Positions 24,675 through 34,619 of a stretch of 64,000 nt of DNA are shown piece after piece; the first letter of the stretch is position 1; each line of letters begins with the position of its first letter. Source of the stretch: an uncultured Chloroflexia bacterium. Its GTDB lineage: Bacteria > Chloroflexota > Limnocylindria > Limnocylindrales > CSP1-4. Location of the stretch: NCBI GenBank assembly GCA_963720965.1, contig CAVRHD010000008.1, positions 27,843 to 91,842 of the forward strand. Direction: 5' to 3'. Position numbers and translations under genes: made by a program. The notes beneath the pieces are model-generated. The model was not told the DNA's origin and ran no database searches. It saw only the letters and a program-made list of their open reading frames with translations.

Positions 24675-24724
24675 AGCCGGCCCGAATGCTACTTCGCGCC
24701 TGACCGAGTGTCAAAGTGAGTGGC

Positions 24725-25201
24725 CTACTCCGTCAGGCGCACAAGGCGGCGCTTGACCCGGCCCAGCGAGCCTCGATCGGTGAAGGCGACGAACAGGGTG
24801 TCGTCGCCCGCGACGGAGCCGGCGACCTCGGGCCAGCGGGCGCGGTCCAGGGCGGCCGCGATCGCATGAGCCGAGCCGGGCAGGGTCCGGATCACGAGCA
24901 GCAAGCCGGCCTCGCGAATCTCGATGGGCAGGTCGTGGAAGAGCTTGCGCAGTCGATCCTCGCCGCTGATCTCGGCCTCGACCAGGCGCGGCGGGAGGGC
25001 ATAGGCCTGGGTGCCCTCCCGGCTGACCTTGATCAGCCCGAGCTCGGCGACGTCCCGGCTGATCGTGGCCTGGGTCGTCCGGAAGCCACGTTCGCGGAGT
25101 GCGGCAGCGAGCTCCTGCTGGGTCCGGATCACGCGCTGCTCGACCAGGTCCCGGATGGACCGCTGGCGGAGCTGCTTCATCACCTCCATGGCACACCCCA
25201 C
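24725..25201 (-). CDS. argR: arginine repressor
   Basis: RQRSIRDLVEQRVIRTQQELAAALRERGFRTTQATISRDVAELGLIKV (winged-helix DNA-binding domain). C-terminal GSAHAIAAALD...AGSVAGDDTLFV is the arginine-binding domain. Confidence 0.9.
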   Translation of the reverse strand: MGCAMEVMKQLRQRSIRDLVEQRVIRTQQELAAALRERGFRTTQATISRDVAELGLIKVSREGTQAYALPPRLVEAEISGEDRLRKLFHDLPIEIREAGLLLVIRTLPGSAHAIAAALDRARWPEVAGSVAGDDTLFVAFTDRGSLGRVKRRLVRLTE

Positions 25202-25226
25202 CGCAGCCCGTCAGGCCAGGTCCAGC

Positions 25227-26054
25227 TCATCGGGACAGGAACATCACGACCACGAGCGCGGCCACGACCAGGCGCTCGACGACGAAGATCGTGTAGGAGT
25301 GGCTGCGGACGTAGCGCAGCATGATCGTGATCGCAAACAGACCGGAGACGAGGGCGGCCACCATTCCGACCACCAGGGGGCCGACCTGGACCGCCACCCC
25401 GGAGTCGCCGCTGAGCAGGTTGCGCAGCTCGAAGATCCCGGCTCCGGCAATCACCGGGGTCGCCATCAGGAAGCTGAAGCGGGCCGCCGCCTCGCGGGTC
25501 AGGCCGGCGAACAGGCCGGCCGAGATGCTCACGCCGGCCCGGCTCACCCCGGGGATCAGGGCGAGCGACTGGGCGACCCCGATACCCAGGGCCAACGGAA
25601 ACGAGATCTTCTCGATCTGGCCGGTCTTCCGGCCGGCCTGGTCGGCGAGCCACAGGATCGCCGCCCCGATCACCAGCGCGATCGCCACGTCTTCCGCGGT
25701 CCGTATCGCCGCCTCCAGGCGATCGTTGAGGATCGGCCCGGCGATCACGGCCGGAATGGTCGCCACGACCAGCAGCCAGGCCAGCCGCCGGTTTGGATCG
25801 CCCTGGAAGGATCGATCGCGGAGGGCGCCAAATCCAGCCGGCACGATTGCCAGCCAGTCCTTCCAGAAGTAGACCAGGAGCGCCACCAGGGTGCCCAGGT
25901 GAAGCATCACGCTGAAGGCCAGTGAGGTGATGAACGGATCCGTCCAGCCGAGCAGGTACGGCACGATGACCAGGTGACCCGAGCTGGACACGGGCAGGAA
26001 CTCGGTCAGTCCCTGGACGATGCCCATGATCAGCGCCTGGAACGTCGTATCCAC
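25227..26054 (-). CDS. uppP: undecaprenyl-diphosphate phosphatase
   Basis: IMGIVQGLTEFLPVSSSGHLVI, FSVMLHLGT, PGVSRAGVSISAGL, polytopic. Confidence 0.92.
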   Translation of the reverse strand: MDTTFQALIMGIVQGLTEFLPVSSSGHLVIVPYLLGWTDPFITSLAFSVMLHLGTLVALLVYFWKDWLAIVPAGFGALRDRSFQGDPNRRLAWLLVVATIPAVIAGPILNDRLEAAIRTAEDVAIALVIGAAILWLADQAGRKTGQIEKISFPLALGIGVAQSLALIPGVSRAGVSISAGLFAGLTREAAARFSFLMATPVIAGAGIFELRNLLSGDSGVAVQVGPLVVGMVAALVSGLFAITIMLRYVRSHSYTIFVVERLVVAALVVVMFLSR

Positions 26055-26170
26055 CGAGGCCTCCTAGCCGCCGGTCGAAGATCGGCGATCCGGCCAAGCA
26101 GGCTCGAACCGGCGACCGATCGCCGGCCGGCCCGCGAACCGCGGCCGGCCGGGATGATCGAGGACGACCG

Positions 26171-28390
26171 CTAGCGAACGAACAGCGGGGCAAGGACCAG
26201 GGTCACGGTCGCCAGCAGCTTGACCAGCACGTGGAGCGAGGGGCCCGCCGTGTCCTTGAACGGGTCGCCGACGGTATCGCCCACGACTGCGGCGGCATGG
26301 GCCTCGGTCTTCTTGCCCAGGACGTTTCCGGCGTCGTCGAGCAGGTGGCCCGACTCGATGTACTTCTTGGCGTTATCCCAGGCGCCACCGCTGTTGTTCA
26401 GCACGGTGGCCAGCATGACTCCGGAGATCGTGCCCACCATCAGCATGCCGGCCACCGCTTCGTAGCCAAGGACGAGCCCGATGATGATCGGGAAGCTGAT
26501 CGCCACGATGCCCGGCAGGACCATTTCCTTGAGCGCCGCTCGGGTGGTGATGTCCACGACCCGGGCGTAGTCCGGGCGCTGGCTGTAGTCCATGATCCCG
26601 GGCATCTCCCGGAACTGGCGGCGGACCTCGACGATGATCGCCTGGGCCGTCGTGCCGACCGCCCGGATCGCCAGCGAGCTGAAGAAGTACACGAGCATCG
26701 CCGACAGGAGCGCGGCGATGAACACGTTGACGTTCGAGAGGTCGATTGAGTTCAGCAGCTTGACTCCGGCATCACCGGCCGCGATCTGGCGGCCGAGGAT
26801 CAGGTTGATCTTGTCGATGTAGGCGCTGAACAGCAGGAATGCCGCGAGCGAGGCCGATGCGATGGCATAGCCCTTGGTCAGGGCCTTGGTCGTGTTGCCC
26901 ACGGCATCGAGCCGGTCGGTGATCTCCCGCGCCCCGGCCTCCGCCCGGCTGAACTCGGCGATCCCTCCCGCGTTGTCGGTGATCGGGCCGAACGTGTCCA
27001 TGGCCAGCACGTAGGCGGTCGTCATGAGCATGCCCATCGTGGCCACCGCGGTACCGAAGATTCCGCCGACATTGACCCCATTGGCGTTGTACAGGCCGGC
27101 CTGGGTGCCGAGCCAGTGGCTGGCGAAGAGGGCGATGCCGATCGTGATCGCCGTTGCGAAGGTCGTCTCGAAGCCGACCGCCACGCCCGAGATGATGTTG
27201 GTCGCCGGGCCCGTCTTGGAAGCCTCGGCGATCTCCCGCACCGGTCGGTACGAGCCGGCCGTGTAGAACTGGGTGATGTACACGAAGGCGACGCTGGTGG
27301 CCAGGCCGACGAGGCCGGCGCCGAAGAACCAGATCCAGGTCGGGATGCCGTTGGCACCGACCTGGGTCCCGGTCTGCATCATCACGTTGGTCGCGATGAG
27401 CAGCCCCACCACGGACAGCGCGGTGGTCACCCAGTAGCCCCGATTGAGCATGTTCATCGGGTCTTCGTCCTCGCGCCCGCGGACGAAGAAGATGGCCACG
27501 ATCGTCGACAGCAGGCCGAACGCCCGGACGACGAGCGGGAAGAAGATCCACGCCTGGGGGTTGGCCCAGCCGGCAGCCAGGGCGATGTTGTAGACCGCCA
27601 CGCCGAGGATCATCGCCCCGATGTTCTCGGCCGCGGTCGACTCGAACAGGTCGGCGCCGCGGCCGGCGCAGTCACCCACGTTGTCGCCGACCAGGTCGGC
27701 GATGACCCCCGCGTTGCGTGGGTCGTCTTCGGGAATCCCCTTCTCGACCTTGCCCACGAGGTCCGAGCCGACGTCCGCGGCCTTGGTGTAGATCCCGCCG
27801 CCAAGCTGGGCGAAGAGGGCCACGAACGAGGCCCCGAAGCCGAACCCGACGATCAGGAATGGGGCTTCCTCCGGGTGGGTAAAGCCTCCGAAGACCACGA
27901 AGATCAGGTACACCCCCAGGAGCGACAGCGACACGACCAGGAAGCCTGAGACCGCCCCACCGCGCATGGCAACCTGGACCGCCTCGACCAGGCTGCGCCG
28001 GGCGGCGGAGGCGGTCCGGACGTTGGCCTTGACGGCGACGAACATGCCGATGATCCCGGAGGCCATCGAGCAGGCCGCCCCAACCAGGAACGCGATCCCC
28101 GTCCGCCAGCCAAGGTCGAGCCCATTGAAGCGGGTGTCGGCTACCTGGGGCGTCACGAGTGCCGAGATCACGGCGGTGATCACGACGGCCCCGATCAAGG
28201 CAAAGATCGCAATCGTGGAGTACTGGCGGCGGATGAACGCGACGGCGCCCTCGTAGATCGTGCCGGCGACGTCCTGCATCTCCTTGGTCCCGGCGTCCCT
28301 GCGCAGCACGTCGCGGGCGAGGTAGAGCGCGAACAGCACGGCGATCAAGCCTGCCGGCAGGATGATCAGCTGGAGAGTTGAAGCGTCCAT
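26171..28390 (-). CDS. hppA: membrane-bound proton/sodium-translocating pyrophosphatase
   Basis: GGIYTKAADVGSDLVGKVE, DDPRNAGVIADLVGDNVGDCAGRGADLFES, GPITDNAGGIAE, AVGNTTKALTKGYAI, GGAWDNAKKYIE, AAVVGDTVGDPFKDTAGPSL. Start at MDASTLQ (ATG 28390). Confidence 0.94.
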   Translation of the reverse strand: MDASTLQLIILPAGLIAVLFALYLARDVLRRDAGTKEMQDVAGTIYEGAVAFIRRQYSTIAIFALIGAVVITAVISALVTPQVADTRFNGLDLGWRTGIAFLVGAACSMASGIIGMFVAVKANVRTASAARRSLVEAVQVAMRGGAVSGFLVVSLSLLGVYLIFVVFGGFTHPEEAPFLIVGFGFGASFVALFAQLGGGIYTKAADVGSDLVGKVEKGIPEDDPRNAGVIADLVGDNVGDCAGRGADLFESTAAENIGAMILGVAVYNIALAAGWANPQAWIFFPLVVRAFGLLSTIVAIFFVRGREDEDPMNMLNRGYWVTTALSVVGLLIATNVMMQTGTQVGANGIPTWIWFFGAGLVGLATSVAFVYITQFYTAGSYRPVREIAEASKTGPATNIISGVAVGFETTFATAITIGIALFASHWLGTQAGLYNANGVNVGGIFGTAVATMGMLMTTAYVLAMDTFGPITDNAGGIAEFSRAEAGAREITDRLDAVGNTTKALTKGYAIASASLAAFLLFSAYIDKINLILGRQIAAGDAGVKLLNSIDLSNVNVFIAALLSAMLVYFFSSLAIRAVGTTAQAIIVEVRRQFREMPGIMDYSQRPDYARVVDITTRAALKEMVLPGIVAISFPIIIGLVLGYEAVAGMLMVGTISGVMLATVLNNSGGAWDNAKKYIESGHLLDDAGNVLGKKTEAHAAAVVGDTVGDPFKDTAGPSLHVLVKLLATVTLVLAPLFVR

Positions 28391-28571
28391 GCGCTTGAGC
28401 GACTCCTCCTGGGGACGTGTACCGGAGCGCAGACCACCTGACGTAGCGCTACGGGAAAGGGCAGCGGCCGCCACTCGGGCCCGCTTGCAGGCGGGAACGA
28501 AACCTTGCAGACCGCGGGCGAGTGTAGCAAGCGGCTCGATCGCGGGTCAAACCGCTCCGGCCTGCCAGGTT

Positions 28572-29246
28572 ATGCACCGCCAGCCGACGCTTTCCGAAGC
28601 CGATGGGACCACAGGGGCGGTCGGCTACGCCACCGCCTATACTGCCGGACTTGTGAGCAAGCGCCGGTTCGGGTGTCTGTTCGAGGTCATCGAGACACTC
28701 GTCCTGACGCTCGTCATCTTCCTGGTCATCCAGAACTTCGTCGCCCAGCCGTACCTCGTCCAGCAGATGTCGATGGAGCACTCGCTCGAGCCCGGCGACT
28801 ACGTCCTGGTCGACAAGCTGACGCCCCGCTTCGACGGCTACAGCCGGGGCGACGTGATCGTCTTCTCACCTCCGCCGGGGTTCGAGGACGGCGGGACCAC
28901 GCCGTTCATCAAGCGGGTCATCGGGCTGCCCGGCGACACGGTCTCGATCCACGACGGCCAGGTCTGGATCAACGGGGTGGCCCTGGTCGAGCCGTACGTC
29001 TATGAAGGCCAGCCGACCGATCCGCCGCCGGCCCAGAGCACCTGGGTGGTCCCTCCCGGCGAGCTGTTCGTGCTCGGCGACCATCGCGCCGCATCCCAGG
29101 ATTCACGGGTGTTCGGAATGATTCGAGATCTCGTCGGTCATCGGCCGGGCCTGGCTGCGGTACTGGCCGTTCGATGTCTTCGGGATCCTCCAGACACCGA
29201 CCTACCCTGGGGTTCCTGCAGCGGCCCCGTGAGATTGCCCCGATGA
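28572..29246 (+). CDS. lepB: signal peptidase I (apparent 1-nt frameshift near 29121; the conserved C-terminus continues in the +1 frame to TGA 29230-29232)
   Basis: TM helix LVLTLVIFLVIQNF, catalytic-Ser box QQMSMEHSLEPGDYVLV, VIVFSPP, FIKRVIGLPGD, LGDHRAASQDSRVFGM. Then the frame breaks. The +1 frame from 29122 reads FEISSVIGRAWLRYWPFDVFGIL, the canonical LepB C-terminus. The start is uncertain (ATG 28572 or GTG 28653). Confidence 0.8.
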   Translation: MHRQPTLSEADGTTGAVGYATAYTAGLVSKRRFGCLFEVIETLVLTLVIFLVIQNFVAQPYLVQQMSMEHSLEPGDYVLVDKLTPRFDGYSRGDVIVFSPPPGFEDGGTTPFIKRVIGLPGDTVSIHDGQVWINGVALVEPYVYEGQPTDPPPAQSTWVVPPGELFVLGDHRAASQDSRVFGMIRDLVGHRPGLAAVLAVRCLRDPPDTDLPWGSCSGPVRLPR

Positions 29247-30013
29247 GTCCGTTCCAGCTTGGGGCGGCGCTTGTCACGCTGGCCGGGGCAGTCGTCGCCT
29301 TGTCGGTCCGGGACCTTCGCGTGGCCCTCGGTGGCCTGGTCGTGACCGTGACCGGGGCGGCCCTGGTGGCCGATCCGCTGCCCTCGCCGGCGGCCGTCGG
29401 GATCCGGCTCGTGGCGGCCGTGCTCGGGGCCGAGCTCGTGCTGATCGCGCTGCGCGGACGGGCCGACGAGCCGGGCCCTTCGGCGCTCGGCCCGGTCGGG
29501 CCGCTGCTGGCGGCCCTGGCCGCCTTCGTCATCGGCTATGCGACCTCGGGCGTCGGTTCGCCTGCGACTGGACCGGCCGAGGCCACGGCAGCCGGGTTCG
29601 GGCTCATGGCCCTGGCGCTCGGCCCGCTCCTGCTCGGCCGGGACGTCCTCAGGGCCGGCCTCGGCCTGGCCCTGCTGGCGACGGCGGCCGAGCTCGTCCG
29701 GGCCGGCCTGGCCGGGACCCCGGGCGGCCTGGAGCAGCTGGCCACGGCCGCCCTCACCCTCGCCGTCCTGGGCGCGACCGCGGTCCTGTGTGCGAGCTCC
29801 CTGGCCAGCTCAGGCGACCTCGCAATTGACGAGCGACTGCCGCGAACAACCCTGTTCGAGGCCCATCCGATCTCGAATCCGACGGCCGGATCGGCCGGAC
29901 GAGGCGGCCGCCGGCCGGCGGCGGCGCCCCGGGCCGACAGTGCTGCCCATCAGCTGACCCTCGAGGAGCGGCTCGCCCGCAGCGGTCCGCCGCCCGGCGA
30001 CGAATCCAGGTGA
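29243..30013 (+). CDS. hydrophobic membrane protein of unknown function
   Basis: MSPFQLGAALVTLAGAVVALSV... with 6-7 predicted hydrophobic segments and a charged C-terminal tail. Its stop overlaps the start of the NuoN-like gene. Confidence 0.55.
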   Translation: MSPFQLGAALVTLAGAVVALSVRDLRVALGGLVVTVTGAALVADPLPSPAAVGIRLVAAVLGAELVLIALRGRADEPGPSALGPVGPLLAALAAFVIGYATSGVGSPATGPAEATAAGFGLMALALGPLLLGRDVLRAGLGLALLATAAELVRAGLAGTPGGLEQLATAALTLAVLGATAVLCASSLASSGDLAIDERLPRTTLFEAHPISNPTAGSAGRGGRRPAAAPRADSAAHQLTLEERLARSGPPPGDESR

Positions 30014-31477
30014 ACCCCCTGCCGTTCATCCTCGTTTCGCTGGCGGCCTCGCTGGGTTGCCTGCTCGTGCGTGGATGGCCGAGGGCCGGGGCCGCGGCAG
30101 GCCTCGTCGCCCTGGCCCTGGTGACCGTGCTGGCGCTCCTGATCGTGCCCGGCGACTCGGTCCGGCTGGGCAGCAGCGAGGTCCTCGTCGGCACGGCCTA
30201 TGCCCGGCTCTTCCTGGCCCTCGCCAGCGCCAGCGGCCTGGTCGTCTGCCTGGTCGGCCTGGCCACCAGCTGGCCGGCCCACCTGCCGCCGGCCGTCCTC
30301 GCCGGAGTCGGCGGGATCGGGCTCGGGCTGACCGTGACCGATCCGCTGGTCGCCGTCGTCGTCCTGCTGGCGACCGCGACGGCCATCTCACTGGCGGCTC
30401 TGCCCGATCCGGCCAGGGGCGGCGATGCCGGACGGGTGGTCCGCTACCTGCGGCCCCTCGCGCTGGCCGGAACGCTGGCGATCGTCGCGCTGGCGTGGGC
30501 GAGCCCGGCACCGGCCGGGATCGGCGGGGACCCCCAGGCGTTCGGATTGGCTGACCTGGCGATCGTCACGGCGGTCGCGCTCAGGTTCGGCACGATCCCC
30601 TTCCATCGCCCGGTGGCGGGCCTGAGCAGCACGGCCCCGGGACCCACGATCCCCCTCCTCCTGGTGTGGTGCCCCGCAGCCCTCGCGGTGATCGCGGTGG
30701 GAGTCACAGACGGGACGCTCAACCCGCTCCTGGTGCCATACGGCGCCGGCCAGGCCGTGATCGTCGCGATCGCAGCCGCCACCCTGCTGCTCGGGGCTGT
30801 GGGTGGCTGGCTCCAGGACGACCTCGAGCACGTGGTCGGATACTCCGTCATCCAGAACGCCGGCTTCATCCTGCTCGGACTGGCAATCGCCGGCGGAGCC
30901 GGGGCCGACGGAGACCAGGACGTGGTTGCTCATCCTGGTCGTGACCACGACCGCCTTCGCCGCGTGGGCCGCGGTGATCCAGGCCCGGTTTCGAACGGCC
31001 CGCTTACCCGAGCTGGGCGGCTGGGCCCGCCGCTCACCCCTCCTCGGGCTGGCCCTGGCCGGAGTTGCCCTGGCTTCGATCGGCGTGCCCGGCCTGCTTG
31101 TCTGGCAGGTCCGCTGGTCCCTCGCCACCGGGGCCGCCAGCGGTCCGCTCGCCCTGGTCCTGGTGATCGGGGGCCTGGCGGCGCTCGCCTACTACGGCCG
31201 AATCCTGGCCATCGGCGCGGGCCGGGTCAGCCTGCTCGCGAGCGCGGCACCGAGCGAGCGCCCGGTCGCCCCGGAGCGGGGACGAACGGCGTCGGACACC
31301 CTCCGCAACGGCTGGCTGGCGAATCGCGCCCCGATCGCGACCGGCCTGGTGCTGGTCCTGGTGGCGGTCAGCCTGATCGTGGCCGGCGGCGGGCTGGGCG
31401 GCCCCGAAGCCGCCCGGGCAGCGGGTCCCCTGGCGAGCCCCGCCCCAGCTCAGCCGTTCGGCTCACCGGGGACCTAG
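30010..31477 (+). pseudogene. NuoN/MrpD-like proton-conducting membrane subunit, split by an apparent frameshift near 30900-30920
   Basis: Frame 1: RFGTIPFHRPVAGLSSTAPGPTIPLLLVW and LEHVVGYSVIQNAGFILLGLAIAGG (Proton_antipo_M-like). The family pattern then continues in frame 2 from about 30923: TWLLILVVTTTAFAAWAAVIQ...LPELGGWARRSPLLGLALAGVALASIGVPGLLVW. A G-run (ccggggcc) lies at the junction. Confidence 0.65.
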
Positions 31478-31959
31478 CCGCCAGCCTGGTCAGCCGGGGC
31501 GACGACCCAGCGATCGATCTCGCGCTCGTACGCAACCAGCTCGTCGGGCCGGAACCACAGGTCGAGCTCGGTCGAGGCGGTGTCGGGGCCGTCGGAGGCA
31601 TGGACGATGTTCTGGGCAACCTCGAGGGCGAGGTCGCCCCGGATCGTCCCCGGCGCCGCTTCCCACGGCCGGGTCGCACCGTTCATCGCGCGCAGGACCG
31701 CGATCGCATTCGGCCCTTCGAGGGCCAGCGCGACGAGGGGCCCGGAGGTGATGAAGTCGACCAGGCTGGCGAAGAACGGCTTGTCGCGGTGGACCGCGTA
31801 GTGACGCTCGGCGAGCTCCCGGTCGACCTGGACGAGCTTCAAGCCGATCAGCCTGAGCCCCCGCTCCTCGTAGCGGGCGAGGATCCGACCGACGAGCAGG
31901 CGCTGGACGCCGTCGGGCTTGATCAGGACGAGGGTTCGTTCGGTCACTGCTGCGATCAC
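31474..31959 (-). CDS. ndk: nucleoside-diphosphate kinase
   Basis: ERTLVLIKPDGVQRLLVGRILARYEERGLRLIGLK, HYAVHRDKPFF, SGPLVALALEG, TIRGDLA, NIVHASD. Confidence 0.94.
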   Translation of the reverse strand: MIAAVTERTLVLIKPDGVQRLLVGRILARYEERGLRLIGLKLVQVDRELAERHYAVHRDKPFFASLVDFITSGPLVALALEGPNAIAVLRAMNGATRPWEAAPGTIRGDLALEVAQNIVHASDGPDTASTELDLWFRPDELVAYEREIDRWVVAPADQAGG

Positions 31960-32056
31960 CTAGCTGCTGGTTCGATCCGGGGCGGGCAAGCATGCCTGCG
32001 CACCGGCCTTCCCGATGCGGGCAAGCCGCCGAACAATACCGCAGGCGCGCGGCCGA

Positions 32057-33154
32057 TCATTCCCCGGGCATGGCGCTGATCTGGGCGGAGGCCTCGGCAT
32101 AGGCCCGCCGGGCCTCGGCCTCCCGTCCGGCCAGACGCAGGGCATCGCCCCGGACGAGCTCGACCGAGGCGCCGCGAGCCCCGGCCAGCACCTCGAGCAC
32201 GTCCGGGGCGAGGTCCGGTGCGATCCGCAGGACCACCGCCAGTCGCACGGCGGCCGAAGCGGCGCGATCCGCGCCAAGGTCGGCCCGCGCGGCTTCGAGC
32301 TCATCGGCCGGTTCGGGCAGCAGGTTCGATCCTGGGCCGGCGGCGGGCTCCACGGCCATCGTCTCGGCATCGGACCACAACGTGGGGCTGGCGAGCACGG
32401 CCGCGGGGTCATTGCCGCCGGTCGCATCGGACGCGGCCGCGGCATTGCCGAGCTCGCGCTCGGGTGGGGTCGCGGGCTCCCGGGGGTCGGTCTCCGCTTC
32501 CGCGGCCAGCCGGCCGAGGACCGCCGCACCGGTTACCCCGGCCGTGCCGATACTGGAGCCCGGACGCGGCGCGGCGAACAGCGTTCCGGCCGGTTCGCCG
32601 GCCATCGCGCTGGTGGCCGGCCAGTACGAGCTCGGCCGGATCCCCAGGAAGATCGCGTCGAGGGCGAGGTCGCCCCGTCCCAGGGCCCGGGCCGCAAGCC
32701 GGCGCGCCTCGGTCGAGCGCCCGATCGAGGCGGTCGCCTCGGTCGCGATCACCAGGGCCAGGGTGTCTTCGCGGCCGGTCCCGAAGTAGGCGGCGGCGGC
32801 TTCGCCGGCACCGGTGACGTCATCCGTCCGCCAGCGCACCTCGGCCAGGTCGAGCAACGCGGCATCGTCGAGCTCGCCTCGACCGGCGCTCGTCTCCAGC
32901 TCGGCCCGGGCCAGTGCAAGGACACCCGTGCGCAGGTGGATCGACGCCAGACGAAGCTCGCGGGGACGGTCGGCGGCGGCCGGCAGCGGTGGTGGAGCGG
33001 CGGCCAGGTCCGGCAAGTCCTCGGCCGGTTCGGCCACAGCCCCTGTCTCGCCCGGCGCTGCGGGCTCGGAAGCGTCGTCGGGCTCGGGAGGGTCTTCGGG
33101 CTCGGGAGGGTCTTCGCGTTCGAGAGCGTCTTCGTGCCCGGGCGAGGAGTCCAT
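32057..33154 (-). CDS. hypothetical Ala-rich protein with acidic Pro-rich N-terminus
   Basis: MDSSPGHEDALEREDPPEPEDPPEPDD..., an 18-bp tandem repeat at 33081-33116, followed by helical Ala/Arg/Leu-rich sequence. I recognise no family. Start ambiguous (see the rejected list). Confidence 0.45.
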   Translation of the reverse strand: MDSSPGHEDALEREDPPEPEDPPEPDDASEPAAPGETGAVAEPAEDLPDLAAAPPPLPAAADRPRELRLASIHLRTGVLALARAELETSAGRGELDDAALLDLAEVRWRTDDVTGAGEAAAAYFGTGREDTLALVIATEATASIGRSTEARRLAARALGRGDLALDAIFLGIRPSSYWPATSAMAGEPAGTLFAAPRPGSSIGTAGVTGAAVLGRLAAEAETDPREPATPPERELGNAAAASDATGGNDPAAVLASPTLWSDAETMAVEPAAGPGSNLLPEPADELEAARADLGADRAASAAVRLAVVLRIAPDLAPDVLEVLAGARGASVELVRGDALRLAGREAEARRAYAEASAQISAMPGE

Positions 33155-33291
33155 CCCGGCAACAGGTTCCGCCTGGGGAACGACCGCAGCGGGAGATTCG
33201 ACTGCGGGAATTCGACTGCGGGCGCGTCGACCGGGGCTGGCTCGGGCTCGGGCTCGGAGCCGGGCATGACCTGGTCGTCACTGGTCATGGC

Positions 33292-34560
33292 CTAGGAGCC
33301 CAGCCTGAGGGCCCGATCGAGATGCTGGCCGTGGCGGGGCGGGGCCACGACCGCCATCCGCAGGAGCTCGTCGCGAAAGAGCTCGCGGGCAACGCGCTGG
33401 ACATCGTCCGGACCGACCGCGGCGATGGCCTCGAGCGCCTCCTCCGGTGTCAGGACCCGATCGTGGAGCGCTTCCTGGCCGCCGATCCACGAGGCGACAT
33501 GGCGGGAGTCGTCCATGCGGAGCTCCAGGCCGCCCGACAGGTAGGCCTTCGATCGGGCCAGCTCGTCGGCCGGGACAAGCTCATCGCGGAGGCGCTCGAG
33601 CTCGGCCAGGATCGCCCCGAGGGCTGCCTCGAGCCCCTTCGGGTCGACCCCGGCGTAGATCGACAGCGAGCCCGCGTCGGCATATTCGGTGACGCCCGAG
33701 CCCACGTCATAGGCCAGCCCGCGCTCCTCGCGGACGGACAGGAAGAGGCGGCTGCTCATGCCGTCGCCGAGGACGCCGTTAAGCACGGCCAGGGGCCAGG
33801 CGTCGGGATGGTCGCGCCGGTAGGCGGGCAGGGCAATGGCCAGCTGGGCCTGCGACGCGTCCCGGTGCCCAAGCATGAAGCGGTCGCCGGCGGGCAGCTC
33901 GGGTGCCGGGCTGAAGGCGGTGCGTGCCCCGTCGCCCTGGCCGAAGACCGGCCCGGCCAGGGCCACGGCGGCGTCGTGGTCGAGATCACCGGCGATCGCC
34001 ACCACGATGTTCGTGGGCCGGTAGGTGTCCGCCCAGAAGTCGCGGATGGTCTGCTCCGGCAACGTCCGGATGTCGGCCTCGTCGCCGCAGATCTCGCGAC
34101 CCAGCGATCCGTCGCCGAAGAGGGCCTGCTGGAGCAGGATCTGGGCGTATTCAGATGGATCGTCGAGGTACGACCGGATCTCCTCGACGATGACCGTCCG
34201 CTCGTGATCGATCTCGGCATCCTCGAGCCGGGGCCGGACGATCAGCTCGCCCAGGACGTCAACACCGCGAGCCGCTTCGCGGGCCGGGACCCGCACCCAG
34301 TAGACCGTTGATTCGCGTTCGGTCGCGGCGTTGAACGAGCCGCCGACGCCCTCGATCGCCTCCGAGATCGCCCGGGTCGTCGGGTAGGCGGCCGTGCCCT
34401 TGAAGGTGATGTGCTCCATGAAGTGGGCAACGCCGGTCTGACCCGGGCCCTCGTGGCGAGAGCCGGCAAGGACGTAGGCGGCGACAGACACCGAGCGTGA
34501 GCCTGGGACGCGGGCGCTGATCACGCGCGGGCCGTTGGGCAGCGCGCTGCACTGGAACAT
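33292..34560 (-). CDS. M16 (pitrilysin/insulinase) family zinc peptidase
   Basis: GSRHEGPGQTGVAHFMEHITFKGT (HxxEH zinc motif), GGSFNAATERESTVYW, and a second inactive-like half. Confidence 0.88.
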   Translation of the reverse strand: MFQCSALPNGPRVISARVPGSRSVSVAAYVLAGSRHEGPGQTGVAHFMEHITFKGTAAYPTTRAISEAIEGVGGSFNAATERESTVYWVRVPAREAARGVDVLGELIVRPRLEDAEIDHERTVIVEEIRSYLDDPSEYAQILLQQALFGDGSLGREICGDEADIRTLPEQTIRDFWADTYRPTNIVVAIAGDLDHDAAVALAGPVFGQGDGARTAFSPAPELPAGDRFMLGHRDASQAQLAIALPAYRRDHPDAWPLAVLNGVLGDGMSSRLFLSVREERGLAYDVGSGVTEYADAGSLSIYAGVDPKGLEAALGAILAELERLRDELVPADELARSKAYLSGGLELRMDDSRHVASWIGGQEALHDRVLTPEEALEAIAAVGPDDVQRVARELFRDELLRMAVVAPPRHGQHLDRALRLGS

Positions 34561-34619
34561 CCGGGGGATCGTACCGGATCGGGCATCGCCGGCCGTCCGG
34601 CGGTCGATGCCGGGAGCGG

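Noticed and set aside
26095-26160. tRNA-like fragment (caggctcgaaccggcgacc) and GC hairpins between uppP and hppA.
   Set aside because: Only a T-arm-like segment is present, with no acceptor, D or anticodon arms. The hairpins lack U-tracts, so I make no confident tRNA or terminator call.
33155-33288. Alternative start at ATG 33288 (3 nt after the M16 peptidase stop) for the Ala-rich hypothetical gene, implying yet another frameshift.
   Set aside because: The 33288 frame begins plausibly (MTSDDQVMPGSEPEPEPAP...) but turns into Arg/Pro-rich sequence. I cannot locate a defined switch point to the 33154 frame, so the matter is left as start ambiguity.
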